From NCBI RefSeq assembly GCF_009914755.1, contig NC_060937.1: a DNA stretch of 64,000 bases. One strand, 5' to 3'. Shown piece after piece: positions 1 to 12,852 of this stretch. This stretch comes from the human T2T-CHM13v2.0 reference genome, Homo sapiens. Every line of letters starts with the position of its first letter. The stretch's first letter is position 1. The notes under the pieces were generated by a model that worked only from the letters and a program-made list of their open reading frames with translations, ran no database searches and had not been told where the DNA came from. Both the position numbers and the translations under genes were made by a program.

Positions 1-107
1 CTGAGCTATGCTACTATTTTAATGTCTGGTCAGTTCAGTAAATTGTTGAATGAAGGAGTTCAGTTGGGTGAGCTGAGAGAATGAGTAAAACATTTTCCGT
101 ATCTAGA

Positions 108-452
108 TGATATGGTTTGGCTGTGTCCCCACCCAAATCTCGAATTGTAGCTCCCATAATTCCCACATGTTGTTGGAGGGAACTGGTGGGAGATAATTGA
201 ATCATGGGGATGGTTCCCCCCATACTGTTCTCACAGTAGTGAATAAGTCTCACGAGATCTGAAGATTTTATAAATTCGCTTGGCTCTCATTCTCTCTTGT
301 CTGCTGCCATGTAAGATGTGCCTTTCGCCTTCGGCCATGATTGTGAGGCCTCCCCAGCCATGTGGAACTGTCAGTCCATTAAACCTCTTTTTTTAAAAAA
401 ATACCCAGTCTTGGGTATGTCTTCATCAGCAGCATGAAAACGGACTAACGCA
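108..452 (+). mobile_element. THE1 (MaLR) solo LTR
   Basis: TGATATGGTTTGGCTGTGTCCCCACCCAAATCTC start, ...GAAAACGGACTAACGCA end, ~345 bp. Confidence 0.9.
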
Positions 453-976
453 CCAGTCCAGTGTGTTTTTCCTATGCCTCTCACTACCACCATTTACAAC
501 ATCATTTGTAATTGGCTTTCTGATGTGTTTTCTCCAGATAGTAGTTGTATTGTTTTATTCTGGCTAATTTTCTCATATTTGAATTGTTTGATAGTTCTAG
601 GATTCTGGGTAGAGGTTAAATCCATCTCCCATGTTCAAGTTTCTAATAAGCTAGTATAAGGATTTGAATTATGTGGTTTAAAATGAAATATAGTATTTCC
701 ATATTTCCACATGTAGACTTGCAAATAATTTACATAATGAACAATATTATATATTGGATGGATAATAGGAAAAATACTTATTTTCAAGGTTATCCAGTCT
801 TGTATTGGTAAAAACTAAGCATGCATTTCTAAACCAATTCTTGTTTCACTTGCTACTTCATGCACAGTGATGTAGGAATGGACTCTAGTTCCATTAACTG
901 TTGGTATTTTAAGATGAAGAACCAGGGAAGGCTATTTTGATTTACTGTGCAGGTGACCCCATGCCTCTAAGAAAAT

Positions 977-1258
<282 letters not shown>

Positions 1259-1281
1259 AGAAAATTGATTCTTGATTCATG

Positions 1282-2232
1282 TGTTAAACTATTGTCATTT
1301 GATTCTCAGTGGACAAAAAAATTCAGTTTCTCCTATTATATTCTCCCCGTGCAGAATTCTTCTGTGACCTCTGGTCACCAAAATGTGTGGGAATTTCTCT
1401 CCACCAAGTAATCCTACAGATTCTTCAGCAGACAGCAGCTGGATGTCCTCTAATTCTGTTCAGTTCTGACACTGTCTATCTGGAGGTAGCCTAAGATCCC
1501 ACAGATTGAGAGCTCAGTGCCACAAGACCACTCCTGACTTCAGAAGCCATTCATAAGGCCCTGGTTGTTTTACCTGTACTTCTGACTGACTGGCTGTAAA
1601 TGAGGATTCCCATGACCCCTTCCTTGGGTTCAATTAATTTGCTAGAGCAGCTCACAGAACTCAGGGAAACACTTACGTTTACTGGTTTATTATGTGATAT
1701 TACAAAGGATACAGACGAACAACCAAATAGATGGAAGAGATGCATAGGGCCAGGCATATGGGAAGGGATATGGCGCTTCTTTGCCCTCTCTGGGTGTACC
1801 ACCCTCTAGGAGCCTCCATGTTTTTGGCTGCATGGAAGTTCTTCCAAACCCTGTCCTTTTAGGTTTTTGTGTACACATTATCACTTAGGCATGATGTATT
1901 ATATCATTGGCTGTTGGTAACCAACTCAACCTTCAACAACCCGAGGCTTTATCACTTAGGCATGATGTATTATATCGTTGGCTATTGGTAACCAACTCAA
2001 CCTTCAACAACCCGAGGAGGGTACAGAGTACTCAAAGTTCCAACCTTTTCACCTGGTAGGTTCCCCTGGCAACCAGCTCCCATCCTGAAACTATCTAGTG
2101 CCCAGCTGGTGCCCAGCTACCAGCCGTTTCGTTAGTATACAAAAAAGTAATCACTCCAGAGATCCCACGGGTTGTAGGAGCTATATGTCAGGAAGCTGGA
2201 AGAAGACCAAATATATATCTTATAGTACAACA
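1282..2232. mobile_element. MER21-type LTR with internal 71-bp tandem duplication
   Basis: Motifs ttctgacactgtctatctggagg...gctagagcagctcacagaactcagggaaacac recalled as MER21. Confidence 0.75.
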
Positions 2233-2464
2233 GATTCCTTATTTATGTAGATTTGGTGTTATAAATTGGGGTTCCAATTCCATTTCCTGTCTTAAAATGC
2301 CTAAAAACTGAACAGTAGAATTAGTGAGCACTCCAGAAATATTGTATGTAGACAATTTTTGTGTATGATGGGATCCTTAATACAAAAGTTATACACAGTC
2401 CTCTGTGGAGATTTTTTCTTCATGGATTGGAATGGTCAGGTTTTTCCAAATAGAAATCTAATGT

Positions 2465-2645
2465 AGTTTACCGTATACCATGTAAATGCTGTGTAAATAG
2501 TTGTTTTACTGTACTTTTTAGGGAATAATGAAAAAAGTCTGTACATGTTCAGTACAGACACAGTTTTTTTTTTCCTAAATATTTTCAGTCTGAGGGTGGT
2601 TGAATCTACAGATGTGGAACCCATGGATACAGAGGGCCAAATGTG
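2465..2645. mobile_element. MER2 (Tigger) DNA transposon fragment
   Basis: ttgaatctacagatgtggaacccatggatacagagggcc terminal motif. Confidence 0.8.
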
Positions 2646-3449
2646 TATAAATAATTAATAATCAGTGCTTAGGGTTAGGTGCAGTAAGGGATATGTATTA
2701 TAGAATGTTATGGAATTTGAGAGAAGGAAAGGTTTATTTTTCCATGTATAGTCAAATAAGTCATTTGAGCTGTGCCTCAAAGATTGAGTAGGATTTGGAC
2801 ATATGAAATTGATGGGGTTGTGTACTTTAGGCCTTAAATCATCGTATTTCCAGTATTATTCTTTGCTTAGTGTGAATAAGCCATGGATAACTTAAATTTT
2901 TTAAAAAACTAATGAATATGAAAGTAATCCATATGTATTGTGAAACATTTTGGAATACATGGACTACAGAAAGAAGAAACCCCATCTCTCTGCTTGGATA
3001 GCCACTGTTGACACGCAGTGAACTGCCTTTGCTGTCTGGTGCGTCACTTAAATGTTAGTAATTCTTAAGTATGAAATCATTCTATGGCCAGTTCACAAAC
3101 CAGACCCATAAAATTTTAATTTATTGTACCTTACAAATAAAATATAAGCTGAACTGAAAAATACTGTATATCAAGCAAGTTCTAAATGTAGTTACTCTGA
3201 TTCCTACTCTTTCCTCAAGTTAATTACAGTATTTTGTAAGAAATATCCTATATTCAGGCTACTGATTTTGCTGTCCTGTCCTTGCCTCCTAAAGGAAGTT
3301 ATTTAGTAAAGAAATGTTAGTGACGCTTAGCTGGGATCATATATTTTTATTTTTAGATTTAAGAAAAAGAAGGTTTTTTTTTTGTTGTTAAAATACCTAA
3401 TTCCTTTTTTAAAAAATACATTTTTTTTTTCTGACTGGTTCATGTTTTT

Positions 3450-4350
3450 ACTTTTTTATTGTGGTAAAATGTATGAAAATTTACCATTTTAACCATTTGT
3501 AAGTGTACAATTCAGTGGCATTGTGTTCACATTGTTGTGCAGTCATCACTATCCATTTCCAGAACTTTTTCATTATCCCAAACTGAAACTCTGCATCCAT
3601 TAAACATTAGGGCCCTATTCCTAACCCTTTACACCAGCCCCTGGCAACCACTATTCTACCTTCTGTCTCTATTATTTGAATATGTTAGGTACCTCATATT
3701 AGTGAAATCATACAGTATTTTCCTTTTGTGTCTTTGCTTATTTCACTTAGCATAATGTTTTTAAGGTTCATCCATGTTGTAGCATGCCTAGGAGTTTCAT
3801 TTCTCTGTAAGGCTGAATGAATAACCTGCTGTATGTATGGTATATCCCACCTTTTGTTTATCCATTCATCCACTGATGGACTTCGGGGTTGTTTCTGCCT
3901 TTGGACTATTGTGAATAATACTGCTGTGAACATGTGTGTTTGAATGCATATTTGACCCTTCTTTTTATTTCTTTGGGGTATATACACAGGAGTAGAATTG
4001 CTGGCCCACATTGTAATTTTACATTAAATTTTTTGAGAAATCATCTTACGGTTTTCCACAGTGCCATACCATCTTACATCCCACCAACAGCGCACAGGTG
4101 TTCCAGTTTCTCCACACCTTGCGAACATTTGTTATTTTATCTTTTTATTTTTCATAATAGCCATCCTAATGGGTGTGAATTGGTATCTCAATGTGTGTGT
4201 TTTTTTTTTTTTGGTTTTGCTTTTTTAGTTTTTATTAGTATTTTTGTTCCCCCATGCAGATCAATGTGGTTTTGATTTGCATTTTCCTAAAAACTTGTGA
4301 TGGTGAGCATCTTTTCATGTGCTCTTTGGCCATTTGTATGTCTTCTTTCA
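3450..4350 (-). mobile_element. L1MB-type 3' fragment
   Basis: ttgtggtaaaat...aagtgtacaattcagtggcatt L1MB 3' end; ORF 3694..4011 resembles the ORF2 C-terminus. Confidence 0.8.
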
Positions 4351-5049
4351 TGTTTGGTTGTATAGCCTAATCTCTTTTTCTGACCCACCTTCCCCTGGCA
4401 TTTTCAATGCCATTAACAACTGTTCACAACCATAATTTTGAATGATTATGGACTGTCCTGCCGTATAGATTCTTCTATTGTAATGTTTTCCAAATGACAA
4501 GAACTTTAGGAGTAGAACTTTTAGGGAGTTTAATTGTATATCTTATGATGATGAACACCTGAGTAGATAAATCTTTTATTTTTAAAAGATTGATGGCTGG
4601 CTTTTGTCAAGGTTAGTTTTAGAATTCTTTATATGCTTCTATTTCCAAATGCTTTTTAGAAGGATTGTTCTGCAGCAGATTTGCTTCTGACTGAATCCAC
4701 TCTTTTCTGTACTTCGTAGGTGCTGATAAGCAGAGTAAAATTAGCTCGGAAACCTAATTCATCTGTCTGCTTTCCTTACAAATGTTAACTTCTCTAGCCC
4801 CTTTCTCTAGTCTCACTCTCATTTCTGTTCTCCTCCTTTGTCCTTGTACCTTTATTTCTTCACCTCCATTCTAGTTGGAGTTTGTGAGGGAGCAGAGATT
4901 ATACATTCAATATATCAATTTAGTCAGAGGTTTATACATTTCTAAAACCCTGGACACCAATGTGCATAGTCCACATTCTTAGTATTTCACTTAGGAGAAT
5001 CTCCATAGAGACAAACTGAATTGCATACTTAACAAAAGTTATGAGTTGA

Positions 5050-5406
5050 GGCTGGGTGCAGTGGCTCATGCCTGTAATCCTAGCACTTTGGGAAGCTGAG
5101 GTAGGAGGATTGCTGGAGCCCAGGAGTTCAAGACCAGCTTAGGCAACATGGTGAGACTCTCTACAAAAAATTAAAAAAAAAAAAAAATTAGCCAGCCGTG
5201 GTGGAATACGCCTGTTGTCTCAGCTTCTCAGAAGGCTGAGGTGGCGAATACGCCTGTTGTCCCAGCTTCTCAGAAGGCTGAGGTGGCAGGATTGCTTGAG
5301 CGTGGGAGGTCAAGGCTGCAGAGGGCCATGATCATGCCACTGCGCTCCAACCTGGGTGACAGACACCTTGTCCGCCCCCCCCCCCCCCCCCCCCCCCGCC
5401 GAAAAA
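5050..5406 (+). repeat. AluJ with a 42-bp internal duplication and a poly-C tail
   Basis: Alu consensus; TSD ~AAAAGTTATGAGTTGA / AAAGGTTATAAGTTGA. Confidence 0.92.
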
Positions 5407-5439
5407 GGTTATAAGTTGAATATAGTTAATATTCTAGAC

Positions 5440-5620
5440 CAGGGGTTTGCGAACTTTTTTTCTAAAGGGCTAGACAAGTAGTTTCGGCTTTGCGGCCACA
5501 GTCTTATGTTTTTCTTTTGTTCTTTCTTTTTTTTGGGCAACTTTTAAGAAATGTAAAAAACATTCTTAATTGAAGTCTGTAGGTCGGATGTGGCTTGGGC
5601 TGTACTTTGCTGACCCCTAT
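5440..5620. mobile_element. MER58-type hAT MITE
   Basis: TIRs CAGGGGTTTGCGAACT / ACTTTGCTGACCCCT; TTCTAG-containing flanks. Confidence 0.75.
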
Positions 5621-5799
5621 TCTAGGTCTATTTGCACTGATCTTGCTAGGCAACATGACTCTTTTTTGATGATGAGATTCTTTTCTTAATGTCCATCTTA
5701 GTAGAGTTGCAAGTGCTGATACTGTCCAGGTGATTTGTTTTTTTTTAAATTTTTATTTTTGAATAAATGACTAAGAGGTAATATTATTTTAATTTTCAG

Positions 5800-5924
5800 A
5801 TGGTGACCCTGATAACTATATTGCTTATTATCGGAGGGCTACTGTCTTTTTAGCTATGGGCAAATCAAAAGCTGCACTTCCTGATTTAACTAAAGTGATT
5901 CAATTGAAGATGGACTTCACTGCA
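5800..5924 (+). CDS. DNAJC3: DNAJC3 (P58IPK) coding exon 3, 125 nt, TPR region
   Basis: ttttcag|AT...GCA|gtaagt boundaries; translates (D)GDPDNYIAYYRRATVFLAMGKSKAALPDLTKVIQLKMDFTA, matching human P58IPK as recalled. Confidence 0.97.
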
Positions 5925-7064
5925 GTAAGTATATCTCAACTTTCTTTAAAGGGGAACTTAACAGAACTTGGGGAGAGATAATTTGTTTCATAAGGTGAGG
6001 ACTGGCATGCTAGACATAGCTGGAAGAGATCAAAGCTACAGTGATGTTGTGGACTGAGGAACAAGAGAAATTCAAAGTCCCTAGAATCAAAGATCTGTGT
6101 GAAAGAGAACAGCGGGTACATTAGATGTTTTTTTTTCAGAAGTCTGGCAGTGATGTCAGCTTTGTGGTTTAGAAAGACAAATCTGTGTGGAGGCTGGAGT
6201 GTGAGGCAAGATGTGAGGCTGAGACATGAGTTGATGAAGAGGCTGAATTAAGATGCTATCAGGTGACTGGCAGCAGTTGCACTTAAGGCTGTACCAGGAA
6301 GAATAAAGTGGGGATTACTTAATTGGGCTATGATTTGTGGTGACAATAAAATGCTAAATTAGCAGAGACATCCCCTGGAACCAATCCACAAGCTTCAGAG
6401 GTGGAGAAACTTGTAGCCTAGTAGGAAATCCTGATGATTGGCAGGTCACCATAAAGGTTGTGACAGATGTGTGAACAGGGAGGGACTCATGAGGTAGAAC
6501 TCAGGTGGGGCTTTCAGAGGCAGAATTGACAACCACTGATCAATTAGACGGTTTCAGAAGTAATTTGATAGCCATTTATTATTTATTTCCTACTGTATTT
6601 CGAGAAGGATTTGAGATAACTGATTAGATATGGGGTGAATGTTTGATTTGAAATATTACTAATATTTTAAGATGGAATTCCCAAATCTCAAATATTTTTC
6701 AAATTTATCTTACACAGCTAAGCAAGCACAACCTTTCACAAAGGTTAAATGGCTCATTTTCTTAGTATTATGATAGTTGGAGTGGCTTTTTTATGATAGT
6801 TTAATCTTGCTTTTTATTGTATTGATGAATTTAACAGGGTTAGGAAAATTTTATTTACTGTAAAAGTAATGTATATAGGGTTAAGTGGAATATTAATGTG
6901 GCTTCATTGGTCATCCAGAGTTGGTATTCTTGAAAGAAACGGGATTACACACATTAGAAGAAGAGGAATATCAGATGAAGGGGGAGAAACTGGTGCATGT
7001 TAGAAGGGAAGAGTCATTGGTAAAGTCCCAACTTACGCAACTTTTATTGTAGGGCAAAAAGTAT

Positions 7065-7530
7065 TTTTAAAAATTGAGATATAATTTATATGCCATCAGA
7101 CTTACCCTTTAAAAGTATTCAGTGGTTTTTAGTATATTCACAAGTTGTGCAGTGGTCACCACTAGCTACTTCTAGGACACTTTTATCGACCCCCAAAGAA
7201 GCCCTGTACCTATTAGCGGTCACTCCCCATTGCTCCCCTAGCTCCTGGCAACCACTTATCATAGATTTGTTTCATATAATGTAACATCGTATAATGTTTG
7301 GCCTTTTGTGTCTGACTTCTTTCACTTAGCATAGTGTTTTCAAGGTTCATTCATGTAGCACATATCAATATGTCATTCCTTTTTATGGCTGAGTAATATT
7401 GTATGGATATATTATATTTGTATATTGATTTAGTTGATGGGAATTGGGTTATTTCCACTTTTTGGCTATCATTGTGAACATACATGTACAAGTTTTTGTG
7501 TGGACATGTTTTCAGTTTTCTTGGGTAGAA
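7065..7530 (-). mobile_element. L1M 3' fragment
   Basis: Decayed L1 3' end motifs; ORF 7351..7533 is ORF2 C-terminus-like. Confidence 0.7.
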
Positions 7531-7735
7531 CAAAAAGTATTTTTAAGGAAGCATACTTTAAGAAAAATTATACACATTCATTGGTTCCAGGAATTATTCT
7601 TGGTGTCAAGTCAGATGTGCACTGGAAAAATAAATATTTATTAATAATTTGTTTATTTAGTTTTATTCTTCGTGTTTAAAAAAGATTTAGAAATCTATAA
7701 TATTCAAGATAATCCTCTGCCCCCTTTTTTTCTAG

Positions 7736-7810
7736 GCAAGATTACAGAGAGGTCACTTATTACTCAAACAAGGAAAACTTGATGAAGCAGAAGATGATTT
7801 TAAAAAAGTG
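7736..7810 (+). CDS. DNAJC3: DNAJC3 coding exon 4, 75 nt
   Basis: tttctag|GCA...GTG|gtaagt; ARLQRGHLLLKQGKLDEAEDDFKKV; phase 0/0, in frame with exon 3. Confidence 0.97.
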
Positions 7811-8217
7811 GTAAGTTCAATATGTATTTGACTCTAGGAAGATGTTATTTTGAGAGAACGTATTTGACCTTTTTTATATTATGACAGTTAATAGTAATTT
7901 TATAGCTAAGAGTCAATAGTCTTAGACAGTAAATAGAGAATAGCCAGATTTATATATTTAAGAATCACAAATCCTGAATTACTATTTGATGGCAGACATC
8001 AAAGAATCCTGTTAACAGTTGGAAGGTAAAGCGTACCCAATAGATATATAATCTTAACTCAGTTTATACAGCTTGCTTGTTCTGCTTTGTCCACCATGAG
8101 AATCTAAAGATGTCAGCTGAACTACTTTTAAAGCCCTTGTTAATCCTTATTAGGCTTTGGATCTGTCCTTTTGGAGATCCTTCATTTGATTTGAGAGGAG
8201 TAATGAAACAGATTCTT

Positions 8218-9084
8218 TTTTTTTTTCTCTTTTTTTTTATTATTATTATACTTTAAGTTTTAGGGTACATGTGCACAATGTGCAGGTTTGTTACGTATGT
8301 ATACATGTGCCATGTTGGTGTGCTGCACCCATTAACTCGTCATTTAGCATTAGGTATATCTCCTAATGCTATCCCTCCCCCCTCCCCCCACCCCACAACA
8401 GTCCCCGGAGTGTGATGTTCCCCTTCCTGTGTCCACGTGTTCTCATTGTTCAATTCCCACCTATGAGTGAGAACATGCGGTGTTTGGTTTTTTGTCCTTG
8501 CGATAGTTTGCTGAGAATGATGGTTTCCAGTTTCATCCATGTCGCTACAAAGGACATGAACTCTTCATTTTTTATGGCTGTATAGTATTCCATGGTGTAT
8601 ATGTGCCACATTTTCTTAATCCAGTCTATCGTTGTTGGACATTTGGGTTGGTTCCAAGTCTTTGCTATTGTGAATAGTGCCGCAATAAACATACGTGTGC
8701 ATGTGTCTTTATAGCAGCATGATTTATAATCCTTTGGGTATATACCCAGTAATGGGATGGTTGGGTCAAATGGTATTTCTAGTTCTAGATCCCTGAGGAA
8801 TCACCACACTGACTTCCACAATGGTTGAACTAGTTTATAGTCCCACCAACAGTGTAAAAGTGTTCCTATTTTTCCACATCCTCCCCAGCACCTGTTGTTT
8901 CCTGACTTTTTAATGATTGCCATTCCAACTGGTGTGAGTTGGTATCTCATTGTGGTTTTGATTTGCATTTCTCTGATGGCCAGTGATGATGAGCATTTTT
9001 TCATGTGTTTTTTGGCTGCATAAATGTCTTCTTTTGAGAAGTGTCTGTTCATATCCTTCACCCACTTTTTGATGGGGTTGTTTG
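8218..9084 (-). mobile_element. 5'-truncated L1PA (L1PA3-5 type), ~870 bp
   Basis: ORF2 C-terminus ORFs 8450..8692 and 8801..9094; poly(T); TSD TGAAACA(G/C)ATTCTT at 8204-8217 and 9085-9098. Confidence 0.93.
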
Positions 9085-11738
9085 TGAAACACATTCTTAA
9101 AAGGGAATTTTGCAGTCATCCATTATGGCTGCTTTACAAAGTGTAAAGTGCTTTGGATTTGTTAGGGAATGTTACAGATTTTGTGTCATTGAAGGGGGTA
9201 TATACTAAAAAATGATTTGGTTAGAGACACTTAGCTGGTCTTTTTATGCCCTCATTAGGCTTGTTTTAAAGACCAGCATTTTTGTTTTACATGGGTTTGC
9301 TTCTGGAATGGTCTAGAAAGGGTATATAAGCCACTGTTTATTATTTGCATTTTTTATAGTTTATGGAAATGCTTAGTTACTATGATGATAACCACTATGA
9401 AAAGAAAACTAAAATTTCTAACATTATCATAACACTTGTCACAATACTCTGTCATCTGTGGATAAATCCAAAAACATTAGATTTAATTGTATTGGATCAG
9501 AAACTGCCTTGTGGTCTCAATAAAATCGGCTGTCATTTTCTTTTTATCTATCTCCCCTCCTACTTGGGAAGATGCTTGAGAGCAGGCTGAAGACTGGGTG
9601 GTGGGGAGGTGATAGTGCCGGAGTAATCTTTCCCTAGCCCAGGCCTTTGTTCAAAGAACGTGTTGCATAAACATTTGTCAAATGGATGAATGAATTATAA
9701 AACATGAGAATGTGTTTCTGCTTCTAGCAGATGCTTAAATCTGTTACTTAGGTTTTTTTTTTTTCCAATTAAACTTGAGAGTAGTTTTTTAGAAATAATT
9801 TAGGATATAGTTTTAGCACAAATTAATCCTTATTGGGCATTGGATGTTTCTTCTGGATAACTGAGATCTTGGTACCTTGGATATGCCTTGGGTTAATGTC
9901 TTTTCTGTGATCAGTATTAAAACTTCTCAGAAACAAGGAGGTGGACTCTCACAGACCTTCTACTTTTTAGATTGCTCTTTGGCAGTCATACTTGTAGAGT
10001 GTTCTTAAAGCAAACTATTTTTTTAGCTCTTACTATTGTTATAGGGATTCTTCCATGAGAATGCATATCTGTCTTTAATAATCTTTTAGTTTTAATTGAA
10101 CTTTTTACTGAGATAATTGTAGATTTTCATGCAGTGGTAAGAAATAATACAAATAGATGACAGGTGCCATTTACCCAGTTTCCTCCAATAAGAAAATTGT
10201 TTTTGTACCTATGAATTTATCCGTAGTGTAAAACTATAGCACTGTATCACAACCAGGATATTGACACTGATACAATCTATCAATCTATTCAGATTTCCTC
10301 AATTTTAGTAGTATTCATTTCTTTGTTGCATGTATTCCATATACTTTATCACATGTGTTGGTTCATGTACCTACCACCATAGTCAAGACACTGACTTGGT
10401 ATTCTGTTACCCTGGGATCCCTCCTGTTACCCTTTGTAACCATACCAATTTCCATCCCACCCTGCTCTGGCCCCCTAGTCATACTTTCTGGCATCCACTA
10501 ATTTGATATTCATTTCTTAAATTTTGACATTTCAAAAATCTTACATAACTGGAATCAAATGTTATACAAAAATCTTTTAGAATTGACTCTTTTTACTCAG
10601 TGTAATTTTCTGGAGATTTATCTAGATTTTTACATATCCTACTTAGTTTGTTCCTTTTAGATGCTGATGGACATTTGGGTTGTTTCCATTTCTTGGCTAT
10701 TGCAAATAAAGCTGCCGTGAACATTCTCGTACAGATGTTTGTGTGAACGTGAATTTTTGTTATCCCTGGGATAAATGTCCAGGAGTGCAGTTACTGGGTT
10801 GTATGGTTATTGCATGTTTATTTTGTAAGAAAGCACCAAATTGCTTTCCAGAGTGACTGTACCATTTTACATTCCTCTGCATCCTTGCCGGCATTTGGTA
10901 TTGTCATTATTTTTTATTTTGGCCATTCTCATAGATGTGTTACTATATTGTGGTTTTAATTTGGATTTCTCTGATTACTAATGATGTTGAACATCGTTTC
11001 CTGTGCTTATTTGCCATCTGTAAATCCTTTTCAGTGAAATTTCTGTTCATGTTTTCTGCTCATGTTCTAATTGGCTTGTTTGCTTTTTTATTGTTGTGTT
11101 TTAAATGTCCTTTATATATTTTAGATACTTTGTTGGATATGTAGTTTACAAATATTTTCCCCTCAGTCTGTAGCTTTTCCTTTGATCCTCTTCACAGGAT
11201 GTTTTATAGAACAAAATGTCTAATTTTTAAATTAATACAGAATATTTGTGCATATTTATGTATTTTTGAGGAACATGTGATGCCTTGTTACATGCATAGA
11301 CTGTGTGATGATCAAGTCAGGGTATTCAGAATATCTATCACTGAATATTTATCATTTCTGTGTGTTGGGAACATTTCACGTTCTCCCAGCTATTTTGAAA
11401 TAGACAATATATTGTTAACTACCCTACTTTGCTATTAAACATTACCTCTTATTCTTCTTTGCTGTGTGTTTGTACCCATTAACCTCTCTTCATCCCCGCC
11501 TCCCACTGACACACCCTTTCCAGTCTCTAATGTCTATCATGTCTGTCATCCTACTCTCTAACTCTGTGAGAGTAACTTTTTTTTTTGCTCCCACATATAT
11601 GTGAGAACATGCAATGTTTGACTTTCTGTGCCTGGCTTGTATTTCACTAATAACCTCCAGTTCCATCCATGTGGCTGCATATGAACATGATTTTAATTCT
11701 TTTTTATGGCCAAATAGTATCCCATTCTCATTCACTCA

Positions 11739-11774
<36 letters not shown>

Positions 11775-11980
11775 TCCCCCGCCCTCTCCCTCTCCCCCTC
11801 CCACTCCCTCTCCGCCTCCCTCTCCCTCTCCCCCTCCCCCTCCCTCTCCTTCTCCCTCTCCCTCTCCTTCTCCCTCTCCCTGTCCTTTTCCCTCTCCCTC
11901 TCCTTCTCCCCATCCTTCTCCCTCTGCCTATCCTTCTCCCTCTCCCTCTCCCTCTCCCTCTCTCCATACACACACACATA
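11739..11980 (+). repeat. Polypyrimidine microsatellite (CT)n/(CCCTCT)n followed by (CA)n
   Basis: Direct inspection. Confidence 0.95.
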
Positions 11981-12567
11981 CCCCATACTTAACTTTATTA
12001 ATTCATCTGTAGATGAGCACATTTGGTAAGATTCCATATTGTGGAATAGTGCTGCAATAAACATGAGGATACAGGTATCCCTTTGATATACTGATTTTGA
12101 TTGTATAGTAGTTCTATTTTTAGTTTTCTGAGAAATCTCCATACTGTTTTACATAGTGGCTGTACTAATTTACATTCCTGCCAACAGCGTATAAGAGTTC
12201 CCTTTTCTCTGCATTCTTGCCAGCATCCATTATTTTTTGTCTTTTTATAGTAGCCATTCTAACTGGGTGAGGTGTTCTCATTATTGTTTTGATTTGCATT
12301 TCCCTGATTATTAGTGATGTTGAACATTTTTTCATATACCTGTTGGCTATTTATATGCCTTTTGAGAAATGTCTGTTTATGTCCTTTGCCCATTTTTAAA
12401 TGGGATTATTTGTTTTCTTACTGCTGACTTCTTTCAGTTCCTTGTATATTCTGTATATTAGTTGCTTGTTGGATGAATAGTTTGCATATATTTTCTGTAG
12501 TCAACAGCTTGTCTGTCCACTCTGTTGATTGTGTCTTTTGCTGTGCAGAGGCTTATTATTTTTACAT

Positions 12568-12852
12568 TTTTGAGTTGGGGTCTCTGTCACCTATGCTGGA
12601 GTACAGTGGCATGATCGTGGCTTACTGCAGCCTCAAATTCCTGGGCTCAAGTGATCCCCCTGCCTTAGCCCCCCAAGTAACTGAGACTACATGTATGTAT
12701 CACTAGGCCTGGCTAATTTTAAAACATTTTTTGTAGAGATGGGATCTTGCTATGTTGCCCAGGCTAGTCTTAAACTCCTGGCCTCAAGTGATTCTCCCAC
12801 TTTGGCCTCCCAAAGTGGTAGGTTTACAGGTGTCAGCCACCATTCCCAGCCC
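12568..12852 (-). repeat. AluJ
   Basis: Alu consensus match. Confidence 0.9.

Noticed and set aside
11739-11965. SVA element suggested by CCCTCT hexamers
   Set aside because: No Alu-like, VNTR or SINE-R region follows; L1 sequence resumes.
11614-12142. Pro/Ser-, Arg/Gly- and Glu/Arg-rich ORFs of 83-136 aa
   Set aside because: Translations of the CT-rich microsatellite.
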